Under the pieces are notes generated by a model. That model did not search any database, had not been told where the DNA came from, and saw only the letters and a program-made list of their open reading frames with translations. The translations under genes and the position numbers were made by a program. Below are positions 1 through 9,713 of a DNA stretch of 64,000 nucleotides, in pieces (position 1 is the stretch's first letter; each line of letters starts with the position of its first letter). The stretch comes from Candidatus Rhodoferax mariagerensis. GTDB lineage: Bacteria > Pseudomonadota > Gammaproteobacteria > Burkholderiales > Burkholderiaceae_C. The stretch is from contig JADKAW010000018.1 in assembly GCA_016719055.1 (NCBI GenBank), positions 2,015-66,014 of the forward strand, written 5' to 3'.

Positions 1-1346
1 TCGCCCTTTTCGGAAATGTCCGGCACAAAGATGGTCTTGATCAGGTCGTGCGAGACCGCCGCCGAAATCGCCATCAGCAAACCCGCCGCCGTGGACAAGG
101 CTGCGGCCAGACCGCCGGCTGCCACCAGGCCAATCACCCAGTTGGGCAGCAAGGCAATTTCCGGGTTGGCCAGCACAATGATGTCGGCATTCACCTCCAA
201 CTCATTGCCCTTCCAGCCGGCAGCAGTCGCTTTAGCCACGGCCGCTTCGTTCTTGGACTTGTCGTTGTAATACTGAATACGACCGTCAGCGTTCTTGTCG
301 GTGAACTTCAGCAATCCGGTCTTTTCCCAGCGCTTCATCCAGTCCGGCCGGTCTTCGGCCTTGAGGCTGGCCTCGGGGGCGTACAGATCGCCACCCTTGG
401 CCACAGCAGTATTCACCGTGGCGTGGATATTGAGCTTGGCCATGGCTGCCACAGCCGGAGCCGTGGTGTACAAAATGGCAATAAACACCAGCGCCCAGCC
501 CGCGCTTGAGCGTGCGTCCTTGACGGTCGGCACGGTAAAGAATCGCATGATGACGTGCGGCAGGCCGGCAGTTCCGATCATCAGCGACATGGTGTAGACA
601 AACATGTTCAGCGTGCTGCCGGCCGTGGTGGTGGTGTATTTGCCAAAACCCAGGTCGGTGACCACTGAATCGAGCTTGGCCAGCAGGGTGATATCGGTAC
701 CGCTGTAATTGCTGCCCAGGCCCAGCTGCGGCAGAAAGTTGCCGGTAAGCTGCAGCGAAATAAAGATCGCCGGAATGGTGTAGGCCAGAATCAGCACGAT
801 GTACTGCGCCACCTGGGTGTAGGTAATGCCTTTCATGCCGCCAAACACGGCGTACAAAAACACAATGCCCATACCAACATAAATACCCACGTCGCTTGAC
901 ACACCCAAAAAGCGCGCAAACGCCACACCCACACCGGTCATCTGGCCAATGATGTAGGTGATGGAAGCGGTCAGCAGGCAGACCACGGCAATCAGGCTGG
1001 CCCCCTTGGAGTAGAAGCGGTCGCCAATAAACTGCGGCACGGTAAATTTGCCAAACTTGCGCAGGTAGGGTGCCAGCAACATGGCCAGCAGCACATAGCC
1101 GCCGGTCCAGCCCATCAGGAACAGGCCGCCGCCATAACCCATGTTGGCGATCAGGCCGGCCATCGAGATAAAGGAGGCAGCACTCATCCAGTCAGCACCG
1201 GTAGCCATGCCGTTCGCGATCGGGTGAACGTTGCCGCCTGCTGAATAAAACTCGCCGGTGGTGCTGGCCCGTGTCCAGATGGCAATGCCGATGTAGAGCG
1301 CAAAGCTCAAGCCCACCGTGACGTAAATTGTGGTTTGAAGATCCAT
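1..1346 (-). CDS. Sodium:solute symporter family permease, VC_2705-like large subunit (N-terminal 448 codons; C-terminus runs off the window start)
   Basis: Absent from the ORF track because there is no stop inside the window. The reverse complement from ATG (1346..1344) reads MDLQTTIYVTVGLSFALYIGIAIWTRASTTGEFYSAGGNVHPIANGMATGADWMSAASFISMAGL...GTAGLPHVIMRFFTVP... and stays open to base 1. These are SSS-family motifs. It lies directly downstream of a DUF4212 small-subunit gene. Confidence 0.85.
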   Translation of the reverse strand, partial: MDLQTTIYVTVGLSFALYIGIAIWTRASTTGEFYSAGGNVHPIANGMATGADWMSAASFISMAGLIANMGYGGGLFLMGWTGGYVLLAMLLAPYLRKFGKFTVPQFIGDRFYSKGASLIAVVCLLTASITYIIGQMTGVGVAFARFLGVSSDVGIYVGMGIVFLYAVFGGMKGITYTQVAQYIVLILAYTIPAIFISLQLTGNFLPQLGLGSNYSGTDITLLAKLDSVVTDLGFGKYTTTTAGSTLNMFVYTMSLMIGTAGLPHVIMRFFTVPTVKDARSSAGWALVFIAILYTTAPAVAAMAKLNIHATVNTAVAKGGDLYAPEASLKAEDRPDWMKRWEKTGLLKFTDKNADGRIQYYNDKSKNEAAVAKATAAGWKGNELEVNADIIVLANPEIALLPNWVIGLVAAGGLAAALSTAAGLLMAISAAVSHDLIKTIFVPDISEKG

Positions 1347-1358
1347 GATTGCGAGTCC

Positions 1359-1619
1359 TTATTTCTCTTGAACATCAAACTTGATGTCGAGATTGTTCAT
1401 ACGCCAGGCGTAATAAAAGATCTGGCCCACAAAGAAGTACATGGCGCCCTGGTGGGCAAACCAGAACCCGAGCGGGTAGCCACCAAGGTGGAACTGATTA
1501 AAAAACTCAACAAACAAGATACCCGCCCCGAAAGCCACCAGAAACCAGAGGATCAATACGTTCCTCAGCAGTTTCAGGGTTTCTTTCCAGTAGGCGGCGC
1601 CGCCTAAGTCTTCCTTCAT
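1359..1619 (-). CDS. DUF4212 small membrane protein (putative solute:sodium symporter small subunit)
   Basis: MKEDLGGAAYWKETLKLLRNVLILWFLVAFGAGILFVEFFNQFHLGGYPLGFWFAHQGAMYFFVGQIFYYAWRMN is typical DUF4212. GAGGAG lies 6 nt upstream of the ATG at 1619. The gene ends 13 bp before the SSS gene start. Confidence 0.8.
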   Translation of the reverse strand: MKEDLGGAAYWKETLKLLRNVLILWFLVAFGAGILFVEFFNQFHLGGYPLGFWFAHQGAMYFFVGQIFYYAWRMNNLDIKFDVQEK

Positions 1620-1873
1620 GAAATCTCCTCGAAATTTTGAAAAAAAATTTGGCAACGCCAAAGGGTTGCCCCGTTACATTGCGTGGCTTGTGGCCCCGCT
1701 GTTGCGGAGCGGACTATTGAATTGCTGGCTTACAGTTTTCTGATAAGTAGAGCCTGCGCAAGGGAATCAAGGGTAAACACTTACAGAATACTTTCGACTA
1801 GAGCGTTTGCCGTGGCGAAACCCGCCTGAACCGCCCAATGATCAAACAAAAATCAAGGGTTTGGGTCAGTCGC

Positions 1874-1893
1874 TGGTAAGTAGTTGGTAAGTA
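1874..1893. promoter_or_regulatory. Tandem TGGTAAGTA direct repeat (11-bp phase) inside an 8-bp inverted repeat, upstream of yjcH-actP
   Basis: TGGTAAGTA occurs at 1874-1882 and 1885-1893. It is flanked by GGGTCAGT (1863-1870) and ACTGACCC (1893-1900), 48-78 bp upstream of the ATG at 1941, in the divergent intergenic region. Confidence 0.3.
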
Positions 1894-1940
1894 CTGACCC
1901 TTAACCTCGCGCCCGTCACAATTTACAAGGAGACACTTTC

Positions 1941-2249
1941 ATGGCTGACGATTTGATAACCCGGGTTACCAGTAACCCCAAATACCAGGAGCTAAAGTCC
2001 AAGCGGCATAGCTTTGGCTGGATGCTGACCATCCTGATGATGCTCGCCTACTACGGCTTCATCTTGCTGGTGGCGTTCAATAAACCCCTGCTGGCCAGCA
2101 AGATTGGGTCAGGTGTGATCACACTCGGCATGCCACTGGGCATTGGTGTGATTGTGTTCACCATCATCATCACCAACATTTATGTCCGTCGCGCCAACAG
2201 CGAGTTCGACGACCTGACTGCACAAGTTACAAAGGCAGCCCTGAAATGA
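1941..2249 (+). CDS. yjcH: DUF485 (YjcH-like) inner membrane protein
   Basis: 102 aa with two TM helices. The [15 protein letters not shown] sequence is a YjcH-type motif. Its stop overlaps the actP start (ATGA at 2246). Confidence 0.85.
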   Translation: MADDLITRVTSNPKYQELKSKRHSFGWMLTILMMLAYYGFILLVAFNKPLLASKIGSGVITLGMPLGIGVIVFTIIITNIYVRRANSEFDDLTAQVTKAALK

Positions 2250-3938
2250 CCCATCTCACTAAATATAAGAGCGCTCTGGCGTTATTCGCGCTGTTGGTCG
2301 CCTGTGGCGTCGCGTTGGCCGCGGGTGCCGATTTAGGTCAAGCCCAAAAGCAGGCCACCAATTGGGTGGCGATCGCCATGTTTGGGGCTTTCGTGGCCGG
2401 CACACTGTGGATCACCAAGTGGGCCGCCGCCAAGACCAAAAGTGCAGCTGACTTCTACACCGCGGGCGGCGGCATCACCGGTTTCCAGAATGGCCTGGCG
2501 ATTGCTGGCGACTACATGTCAGCCGCGTCGTTTCTGGGTATTTCGGGCCTGGTGTTTGCCAACGGCTTTGACGGCTTGATCTTCTCGATCGGCTGGCTGG
2601 TCGGCTGGCCCATCATCACCTTTCTGATGGCCGAACGCCTGCGTAACCTGGGCAAGTTTACCTTTGCCGACGTGGCTGGTTACCGTTTTGCTCAAACCCC
2701 CATCCGCGTGTTTGCAGCCAGCGGTTCGCTGGTGGTGGTGGCGTTTTACATGATTGCCCAGATGGTCGGTGCCGGTCAGCTCATCAAGCTGCTGTTTGGT
2801 CTGGAATACCTCTACGCCGAAATCCTGGTGGGTACCATCATGATGATGTATGTGCTGTTCGGTGGCATGACCGCCACCACCTGGGTGCAGATCATCAAGG
2901 CTTGTATGTTGCTCGGCGGTGCCACCTTCATGGCCTTCTCGGTGCTGCTGCAATTTGGTTTCTCTCCTGAAGCCATGTTTGTCAAGGCGATTGAAGTGCA
3001 CTCCAAAAAAAGAAGCCATCATGGGCCCGGGCGCGCTGATCAAGGACCCGGTCTCGGCGATCTCGGTGGGGATGGCGCTGATGTTTGGTACCGCCGGTTT
3101 GCCGCACATTCTGATGCGTTTCTTTACTGTGCCAAGCGCCAAGGCAGCCCGCTCGTCAGTCGGCTGGGCCACCACCTGGATCGGCTACTTCTACATCCTG
3201 ACCTTCATCATCGGTTTTGGCGCCATCACCAACCTGATTCCCAACCCGGCTGATTACTTTGTCGGTGGCGAAATTGCCAAGGGCTTGCAAGGCGGCGGCA
3301 ACATGGCTGCGGTGCATCTGTCCAAGGCAGTGGGCGGCAATGTGTTCATGGGCTTTATCTCTGCCGTGGCCTTTGCAACCATTCTGGCGGTGGTGGCTGG
3401 CTTGACGCTGTCAGGTGCCTCTGCTGTTTCACATGACTTGTATGCATCCGTATGGCGCAAAGGCCGTGTGGACCAGGCTGATGAGTTGCGTGTTTCCAAG
3501 ATCACCACCGTTGCCTTGGGTGTGATTGCCGTTACGCTGGGTATCGCGTTCGAGAAAGAAAACGTCGCTTACATGGTGATGCTGGCCTTTGTGATTGCCG
3601 CTTCTGCCAACTTCCCGGTGCTGTTCATGTCGGTGTTGTGGAAAGACTGCACCACCAAAGGCGCGGTTGCTGGTGGTTTTGTCGGCTTGATCATGGCTGT
3701 GACCTTGACCATTGGCTCCAAGAGCGTCTGGGTGGCGGTGATGAAATACCCCGATGGTTCGCAATGGTTCCCGTATGACTCAGCGGCCATCTTCTCGATC
3801 CCTGCTGCATTCATCACCATCTGGCTGGTGTCTCTGATGGACAGGAGCGATCGCGCTGCGATCGACCGTGCTGCTTATCCGGCCCAAGAAATCCGTTCTG
3901 AAACCGGTATCGGTGCTGAGACGGGCGGCGGCCACTAA
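2246..3938 (+). pseudogene. actP: Cation/acetate symporter ActP, frame broken by one extra A in an A7 run (3005-3011)
   Basis: ORF 2246..3253 is ActP-like up to ...[11 protein letters not shown] 2919..3938 continues in the +1 frame with [52 protein letters not shown]..., the conserved ActP core. An A6 run would restore one 563-aa ORF. Confidence 0.8.
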
Positions 3939-3994
3939 GCTGCTGTGTTAAACAGGTGGGCAGTTCGATTGCCCGTCTGTTGTTGAAATCGAAG

Positions 3995-4029
3995 GGACTG
4001 CAAGCTTGCGCTTGCAGTCCTTTTTTTTT
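3995..4029 (+). terminator. Rho-independent terminator after actP
   Basis: Perfect 11-bp stem GGACTGCAAGC/GCTTGCAGTCC, 4-nt loop, followed by T9 (4021-4029). Confidence 0.85.
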
Positions 4030-4217
4030 CGAGGGCTTGGGCAAGGTGAGCTGATTGTTGTTGCTGCTGGTGCGCGATGTTGCCCTCAAAAAAAATAGCG
4101 CCAGACGTATTACCAGTAAGGGTTGCCGCCCGTTTTGTCCTGATCAAGAACTGTGAGTCCTCAGGTGCAGCTGTCTGGCGCGCAAATGACGATGCTGCGG
4201 CGCAGTTTTTTATAGCT

Positions 4218-4266
4218 AAAATGGCCTGTAGCCCTTATGCATAAAGCGCAAGCCGCTATCTTTTAT
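4218..4266 (-). repeat. Short interspersed repeat, copy R1 (reverse orientation)
   Basis: The reverse complement reads ATAGCGGCTTGCGCTTTATGCATAAGGGCTACAGGCCATTTT. This matches the ATAGC-N4-(A/G)CGC...GGGCT(A/G)NAGGCC-A-rich consensus seen in the other copies. Confidence 0.6.
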
Positions 4267-4329
4267 GTAGTTTTCCTGGGTCTGTGCAACAGCCAGCCCC
4301 ATCTCGGCCTTGCCTTGATTCAACGGCCT

Positions 4330-7300
4330 TTATCGCTGCTGCCGGCAGTGATGCAACAGTGCTTTTAACTGCACCGCCAAGGAATCTCGCAACGCATGCA
4401 ATTCAGGCAGACACGCCAGGGCAGCCGGGTTGCAGCCGCTGGCATGCAGTTGCAGCATCTTGTCTGCCAGCAAATGCACCTGTCGGTGCAGCCGCTCGAT
4501 GGCCTGGAAAGTCGGCTGCTGACCATGGCGCACCTGGCACTCGCCGTTCAGCCACCGACCAAAGCGGCAAAGCTGCTCATCTGGCGGTGCCGCTTCGCGC
4601 TCACCTTGGATGAAGGCCTCAAACGCCACGATCCAGGCGCGATGCTCCACGCCGGCAAACAGCAGTGGTAGATCGTCGCGGTTGACGCAGGCGTGATCAA
4701 GCCAGACCGGGTCAGGATGCCAGGTTGCTGCCCAGGCGGGCACATCGGTACCTGGCATGGGCCGTGCGATGCCAAAGCCCTGAGCCAGTTCGCAGCCCAG
4801 TTGCAGCAGCATTTCGCCATGTTCCACGGTCTCGACGCCTTCGGCGATGACCTCGCGGTCGAAAGCTCTGGACAAACCGATCACCCCTTCAAGAATGGCC
4901 AGGTCATCGGGGTCATCAAGCATGTCGCGCACAAAACTCTGATCGATCTTGAGCTGGCTCACCGGCAGGCGCTTGAGGTAGGTCAGTGAAGAATAACCAG
5001 TGCCAAAATCATCCAGGGCAAACTTCATACCCAGTTCCCGGCAGAACTCAATGATCCGGGAAACACGGGCCAGGTCTTCAAGCGCGCTGGTTTCCAGCAC
5101 CTCGAGCTCAAGATCGCCCGGCCGCTGCTCAGGATGTGCCGCCAGCAGCGCACGCAGGCGCTCAACAAAGTTGGCCTGCTGCAACTGGCGAGCCCCCACA
5201 TTGACGCTGACCGGAATATTCAGCCCGGCCTTGCGCCACTGTGCCATCTGGTTCAAAGCGCTGGCAATCACCCATTCGCCGATATCAACAGCCAGCGGAT
5301 GGTCTTCGATCACCGGCAAAAACTGGGCCGGTGGCAACAGGCCTTTTTCTGGGTGTTGCCAGCGGATCAAAGCCTCGGTGCCAATCACCTGCCCGGTGCG
5401 CATGTTGACCTTGGGTTGGTAATGGAGCACAAATTCCTGCTCGGTCAGGGCGCGGCGGATGCGCTCCAGGCTTTCGTGATGGCCGCGCAGGTTGTTGTCT
5501 TGCTCGGCGTCAAAGATGTGATAACGGTTCTTGCCGGCCAGCTTGGCCTTGTACATCGCCTGATCAGACTGGCGTAGCAATTGATCGGCATCCACCTCGG
5601 TGGCCTGTGGGTAGTAGGTGACACCAATACTGGCCGAAACCTGCAGTGTGTAGTCGCCACGCTGAACGGGCAGGGCAGCGGCATCGAGCAGACGGCCAAG
5701 CATCAGCGTGCTGGCCGCCACATCCGCCAGATCAATCAGCACGGCAACAAACTCATCGCCTCCCAGGCGTGCCAGCGTGTCGCCTTCGCGCAGCGACTCC
5801 TTCATGTGGGCAGACAAGGTGACCAGCAACTGGTCGCCGGCATCGTGACCATGCCGATCGTTGATCGCTTTAAAGCCATCGAGGTCGAGATAGGCCACCG
5901 CCAGCAGTTGTCCGCGCCGCTGGGCCTGCACCATGGCCTGATGCAGCCGGTCGGCAAAGAGCACTCGGTTGGGCAGGGTGGTCAGCACGTCATAGTGGGC
6001 GATGTGTTCGAGCTGACGCTCGTGTTCCTTGAGGGCGGTGATATCAGAGAACAGCGCCACATACTGCAGCACCGCACCACTGGCATCACGCACGGCGCTG
6101 ATGGTCTGCATCTCGGGATAGACATCGCCGTTTTTGCGCCGGTTCCAGATTTCACCGTACCAATGGCCTTTTTCGTGCAGGCTGCGCCACAGGGCTGCGT
6201 AGAAGTCGTTGTCTTGCCGATCAGATTTCAGCAGGCGCGAGTTCTGACCGAGCACTTCGTCGCGCGCGTAACCGGTGATGTGGCTAAACGCCGCATTGAC
6301 CTCAATGATCGTGCCATCTGCCGCAGTGATCATGATGCCCTCGCGGGCATGGGAGAAAACGCTGGCCGACAGCAGCAGTTGCTCTTGCTCCTGCTTGCGC
6401 AGGGTGATATCACGCGCCGAGCCCACCGTGCCGATGACGGTGCCGTTGTTGTCGACGAACGGGGCCTTGTGCACATCGAGGTAAAGTAATTTGCCTTTGA
6501 CGTTGCCGAACTCTTCGAACACCGACGGCCCGCCGCGCTCCAGGGTGAGCGTGTCCGAATCCTGGCAAAGCTCACCAAATGTATGCCACTGGGGGCGATC
6601 AGGACAAGCCGCACGTTCGCGCTGGGCAAAAAACAGGTCGGTCTTGCCCAGCGGTTCATCCGTATCACTGGCATTGAGCAGCTGGGCGCAGATCGCCCGG
6701 TTGGCAAAGATATAGCGCTTATTGAGGTCTTTCGCCCAAATCATGTCCGGCACGTTGTCGCACATCAGGCGCAGCATGGAAGCCAGATTGCGCGACTGCT
6801 CCTCGCTGATGCGCACGGCTTCTTCAATTGCCTTGCGCGCCGTGATGTTCATCGAGGTGCCGACTGCGAGCAGGGCTTGTCCATCGGGACCACGCTGGAC
6901 AATCCGGGCCCGGCTGTGAATCCATTGGAATTCGCCTGCCTTGCCTGCCATTCGGTATTCCATATCAAATACCGAACCGTCAGGCTTTAGGGCTTGTGCG
7001 ACCTGAGCCTGAAATGACGCCAGGTCGTCGGGATGCACACGCTCGATCCATTCGTGCAAACTGCCTGGTGCCTGTTCTACGTCCAGGCCCAATCTGGACA
7101 ACAACGCTTGCTCATACAGCAGCCGCTGGCTGACGAAATCAAGTTCCCAAAGCACCAGTTGAGCCACTTCAACGGCCATGTTCAGGTTGCGCTCGGCGCG
7201 TTTTCGTTCGCTGATGTCCCGGCCCACAATGACCAGTGCGTGGCGCTGGTGTTGCGCATCGAACAGCGGTACCTTGATCATGTCGAAATAAAGGGGGTTG

Positions 7301-8619
7301 CCCTGCCCGTCCACAACACATTCTTCGGAGCGCAAGATGGCCTCGCCCGATGTCCAGGCCGCTTCATCGCTGCGCCGACAAGCTGCCATCTCGGTGGCCA
7401 GGTGCGGGTACAGGCTGCCAATCTGGCTGTCGGACCGGTTCTGCCAGGCCAGGCGCTCCAGGCCAAAAAGACGCAAACAGACGTTGTTGGCCACCAACCA
7501 GCGACCGTCGCCGTCCTTGAACTGGACCGTGTCGGGAACCGCCTCGATCAGGGTCCGCAATTGCGCCTCGCGCTCGGCCAAGGCCAGTTCGGCCTGCCTG
7601 CGCGCGGTTATGTCCATCGAGATGCCGCACAGGGCATAAATGCTGCCGTCGGCATGACGCAGGGGCAATTTGGTGGACTGAAAGACGGTGGTGGTGCCGG
7701 TGGCGGGCACGGTGTTGACCTCTTCCGCCTTCAGGGTTTCACCGCCCGCCAGCACACGCCGATCATTTTTGCGGATGTTGTCGGTGGTGGCGGCGTCGAA
7801 AAACTTCTCATCACCAAATCCGACGATGCCGTCCATGTCGACCTGCCAAAGCTCACGCACGGCGCGGTTGGCAAACAGATAACAGCCCTTGGTGTCCTTC
7901 AGATAGATACTGGCATCGACGTTATCGAGAATGGTGCGGTAAATTGCTTCACGCTCGGCCAGTGCTGCCTGGGCCTGCGCCTGTTCGGTGATGTCCCTGA
8001 AGCACCAGATGCGGCCATGTTCGCTGCCAAACGACAAGGCCCGGGTGTAGCGGGCAAACACCCGTCCATCTTTGAAGCCCAGGGTATCGCGCGCTTCTTC
8101 GTGGCTGTGGTAAAGGCGCTGCACCTTGTCCATGAAATTGTCGGGGTTGACCAGTTGGTCGAGCACGTGTGCCAACAGCGGCGCATCCTGCCCGGCCTCG
8201 GCGAGCGCCTGCGGCACTCGCCAGAGTTCCAGAAAGCGCTTGTTGGTGGACAGCACCTGGCCGTCATCAGCCACCATCAGGATGCCTTCGTCGGTCGAGT
8301 CCAGCGCCACGCGCAACCGGCGCTCAGCGCGTTCCACATTGTTGGACAAGACTTGCTGTTGTTGCTGTGCGAGTTCCTGCAACAAAAAGCTCAGCAGCAT
8401 CAGACTCAGGGGTGCCACGATGCCGGCGGCCACAAAACCGGTCAGCAAATAGTCAAGGGGAACTTCGCCATTGAGGATCAGGCCCATGGCCGACACAATC
8501 AACTCTACCGCCAGCACGGTGCCAAGCGCAACAATCACCGACAAACGCCAGCCTTGCAGACGCTGCAACAGCGGAATCAGCCCGGCTTTTATGGCTGGCT
8601 TGGTTTCAGGCGATTTCAC
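4330..8619 (-). CDS. Membrane-anchored multi-PAS GGDEF-EAL protein with C-terminal CZB (zinc-binding) domain
   Basis: 1429 aa with two N-terminal TM segments and multiple PAS/PAC units. It has RxxD plus GGDEF (REGDTLARLGGDEF) and EAL (EALIRW). The C-terminus carries HRAW-x21-CRFGRW-x21-HRQVH, which fits the CZB motif. Confidence 0.9.
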   Translation of the reverse strand: MKSPETKPAIKAGLIPLLQRLQGWRLSVIVALGTVLAVELIVSAMGLILNGEVPLDYLLTGFVAAGIVAPLSLMLLSFLLQELAQQQQQVLSNNVERAERRLRVALDSTDEGILMVADDGQVLSTNKRFLELWRVPQALAEAGQDAPLLAHVLDQLVNPDNFMDKVQRLYHSHEEARDTLGFKDGRVFARYTRALSFGSEHGRIWCFRDITEQAQAQAALAEREAIYRTILDNVDASIYLKDTKGCYLFANRAVRELWQVDMDGIVGFGDEKFFDAATTDNIRKNDRRVLAGGETLKAEEVNTVPATGTTTVFQSTKLPLRHADGSIYALCGISMDITARRQAELALAEREAQLRTLIEAVPDTVQFKDGDGRWLVANNVCLRLFGLERLAWQNRSDSQIGSLYPHLATEMAACRRSDEAAWTSGEAILRSEECVVDGQGNPLYFDMIKVPLFDAQHQRHALVIVGRDISERKRAERNLNMAVEVAQLVLWELDFVSQRLLYEQALLSRLGLDVEQAPGSLHEWIERVHPDDLASFQAQVAQALKPDGSVFDMEYRMAGKAGEFQWIHSRARIVQRGPDGQALLAVGTSMNITARKAIEEAVRISEEQSRNLASMLRLMCDNVPDMIWAKDLNKRYIFANRAICAQLLNASDTDEPLGKTDLFFAQRERAACPDRPQWHTFGELCQDSDTLTLERGGPSVFEEFGNVKGKLLYLDVHKAPFVDNNGTVIGTVGSARDITLRKQEQEQLLLSASVFSHAREGIMITAADGTIIEVNAAFSHITGYARDEVLGQNSRLLKSDRQDNDFYAALWRSLHEKGHWYGEIWNRRKNGDVYPEMQTISAVRDASGAVLQYVALFSDITALKEHERQLEHIAHYDVLTTLPNRVLFADRLHQAMVQAQRRGQLLAVAYLDLDGFKAINDRHGHDAGDQLLVTLSAHMKESLREGDTLARLGGDEFVAVLIDLADVAASTLMLGRLLDAAALPVQRGDYTLQVSASIGVTYYPQATEVDADQLLRQSDQAMYKAKLAGKNRYHIFDAEQDNNLRGHHESLERIRRALTEQEFVLHYQPKVNMRTGQVIGTEALIRWQHPEKGLLPPAQFLPVIEDHPLAVDIGEWVIASALNQMAQWRKAGLNIPVSVNVGARQLQQANFVERLRALLAAHPEQRPGDLELEVLETSALEDLARVSRIIEFCRELGMKFALDDFGTGYSSLTYLKRLPVSQLKIDQSFVRDMLDDPDDLAILEGVIGLSRAFDREVIAEGVETVEHGEMLLQLGCELAQGFGIARPMPGTDVPAWAATWHPDPVWLDHACVNRDDLPLLFAGVEHRAWIVAFEAFIQGEREAAPPDEQLCRFGRWLNGECQVRHGQQPTFQAIERLHRQVHLLADKMLQLHASGCNPAALACLPELHALRDSLAVQLKALLHHCRQQR

Positions 8620-8944
8620 TTTTTATTCGTCCATGGTGCCGTGAATGTCCGTTCTCTCCGAATGCAGGCATCGTTGCAGTGGGACACCCTGAGCTGGGTA
8701 TGCGGCAGAAGGCCCAGACTCGTATAAATTAGAAATGAAATAACTCCGCAGCGGCGATTGAACGGATCGGCATTTGATTCACAGAATCAAGTATCGCACC
8801 TCGGAACCGGCTTTGAACCGCTGGCGATCGCTCGATTTGCACCCAGCAACGCATGGTCAGGCACCGTGGATGGCACGATGAGCAAACATGTCGTTCTTTG
8901 CTGCACAAGGGCACAGGCCCACTGCCGTCGGATCAAGTCCGCGC

Positions 8945-9493
8945 TCAATCCATCAAAAACTCGCCCTCAACCTCGTCGCTTAGCTTGGGGTAGCGGGTGG
9001 GTTCGGGCAGGTTGTAGTGCCACCATTCATAGGGGTGGTGCGTCCAGCCGGCGGCCGTCATCAGGCCCAACAGCAAGCAGCGGTTGTGCTGGGCGGCTGG
9101 TGCGATGTCGGTCCTGCCATGAAACGACTGTTCGGTCATCTCGTCAAATTCAGTGCCCATGTCCAGCGCCTGACCGTGCTGGTCGCACAGCGTCAGGTCC
9201 ACCGCCACACCCCGGGTGTGCATGGAGCCCTGGCGCGGGTCGGCTACAAACATCGGATTGGGCAGGGCGGCCCACAACCGCCATTGCGCGGCGGATGGGC
9301 GGTAAGCGTCCAGCACACGCAGCCTGTAGCCCTGTGCACCCGCCAGTTCGGCGGCCAATTCAAGCGCGGCAAGCGCGTCTTTGTGCAAAAAGGCGATGGC
9401 GTGCTGGTAGATGATTTGACCGGTCAGATTGTCGTTTGTGGCGTAACGCAGATCGATGTCGATGGCGGGATGGGATACTTCTTTAAGCGGCAT
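8945..9493 (-). CDS. ddpX: D-alanyl-D-alanine dipeptidase (VanX/DdpX, peptidase M15D)
   Basis: 182 aa with the zinc motifs SMHTRGVAVD (SxHxxGxAxD) and EWWH (ExxH). Confidence 0.85.
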   Translation of the reverse strand: MPLKEVSHPAIDIDLRYATNDNLTGQIIYQHAIAFLHKDALAALELAAELAGAQGYRLRVLDAYRPSAAQWRLWAALPNPMFVADPRQGSMHTRGVAVDLTLCDQHGQALDMGTEFDEMTEQSFHGRTDIAPAAQHNRCLLLGLMTAAGWTHHPYEWWHYNLPEPTRYPKLSDEVEGEFLMD

Positions 9494-9633
9494 GGCCCGC
9501 GATTATCCCCGGTGTTAGCGCGCAGGCCTGTGCCGCGCGCTGCGATCTAAAAGAGCAATAAGGCTTGAAACTAGCGCGCTTGGCCTCAGGTGACCGGTCG
9601 ACGGTTCATGTTTTTTCGAAGATAAACTGTTAC

Positions 9634-9645
9634 AAATTCGAATTT
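9634..9645. promoter_or_regulatory. Perfect 12-bp palindrome AAATTCGAATTT upstream of the Rrf2 regulator gene (candidate operator)
   Basis: Seen directly in the sequence, about 70 bp upstream of the ATG at 9714. Confidence 0.25.
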
Positions 9646-9713
9646 ACGCGACGTGAATTGAACTTTATAGTTGGCGCTGTGTCAATTTGCAGGCACTCAC
9701 AGGAGTTATCCAA

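Noticed and set aside
3005-3011. Programmed +1 ribosomal frameshift in actP
   Set aside because: I know of no precedent in ActP. The same kind of single-base homopolymer indel occurs in three unrelated genes here, so an error or a pseudogene is more parsimonious.
7033-8727. 564-aa plus-strand ORF (also 5581..6489, 15295..16083, 21415..22443, 59794..60807 and similar)
   Set aside because: These are shadow ORFs antisense to well-supported genes in high-GC DNA. The translations are Arg/Gly/His/Gln-rich and carry no recognisable motifs.
8774-8790. Palindrome TTGATTC-aca-GAATCAA upstream of the 1429-aa GGDEF-EAL gene
   Set aside because: It is a single short palindrome about 155 bp from the start with no second copy or known regulator. 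That is too weak to call.
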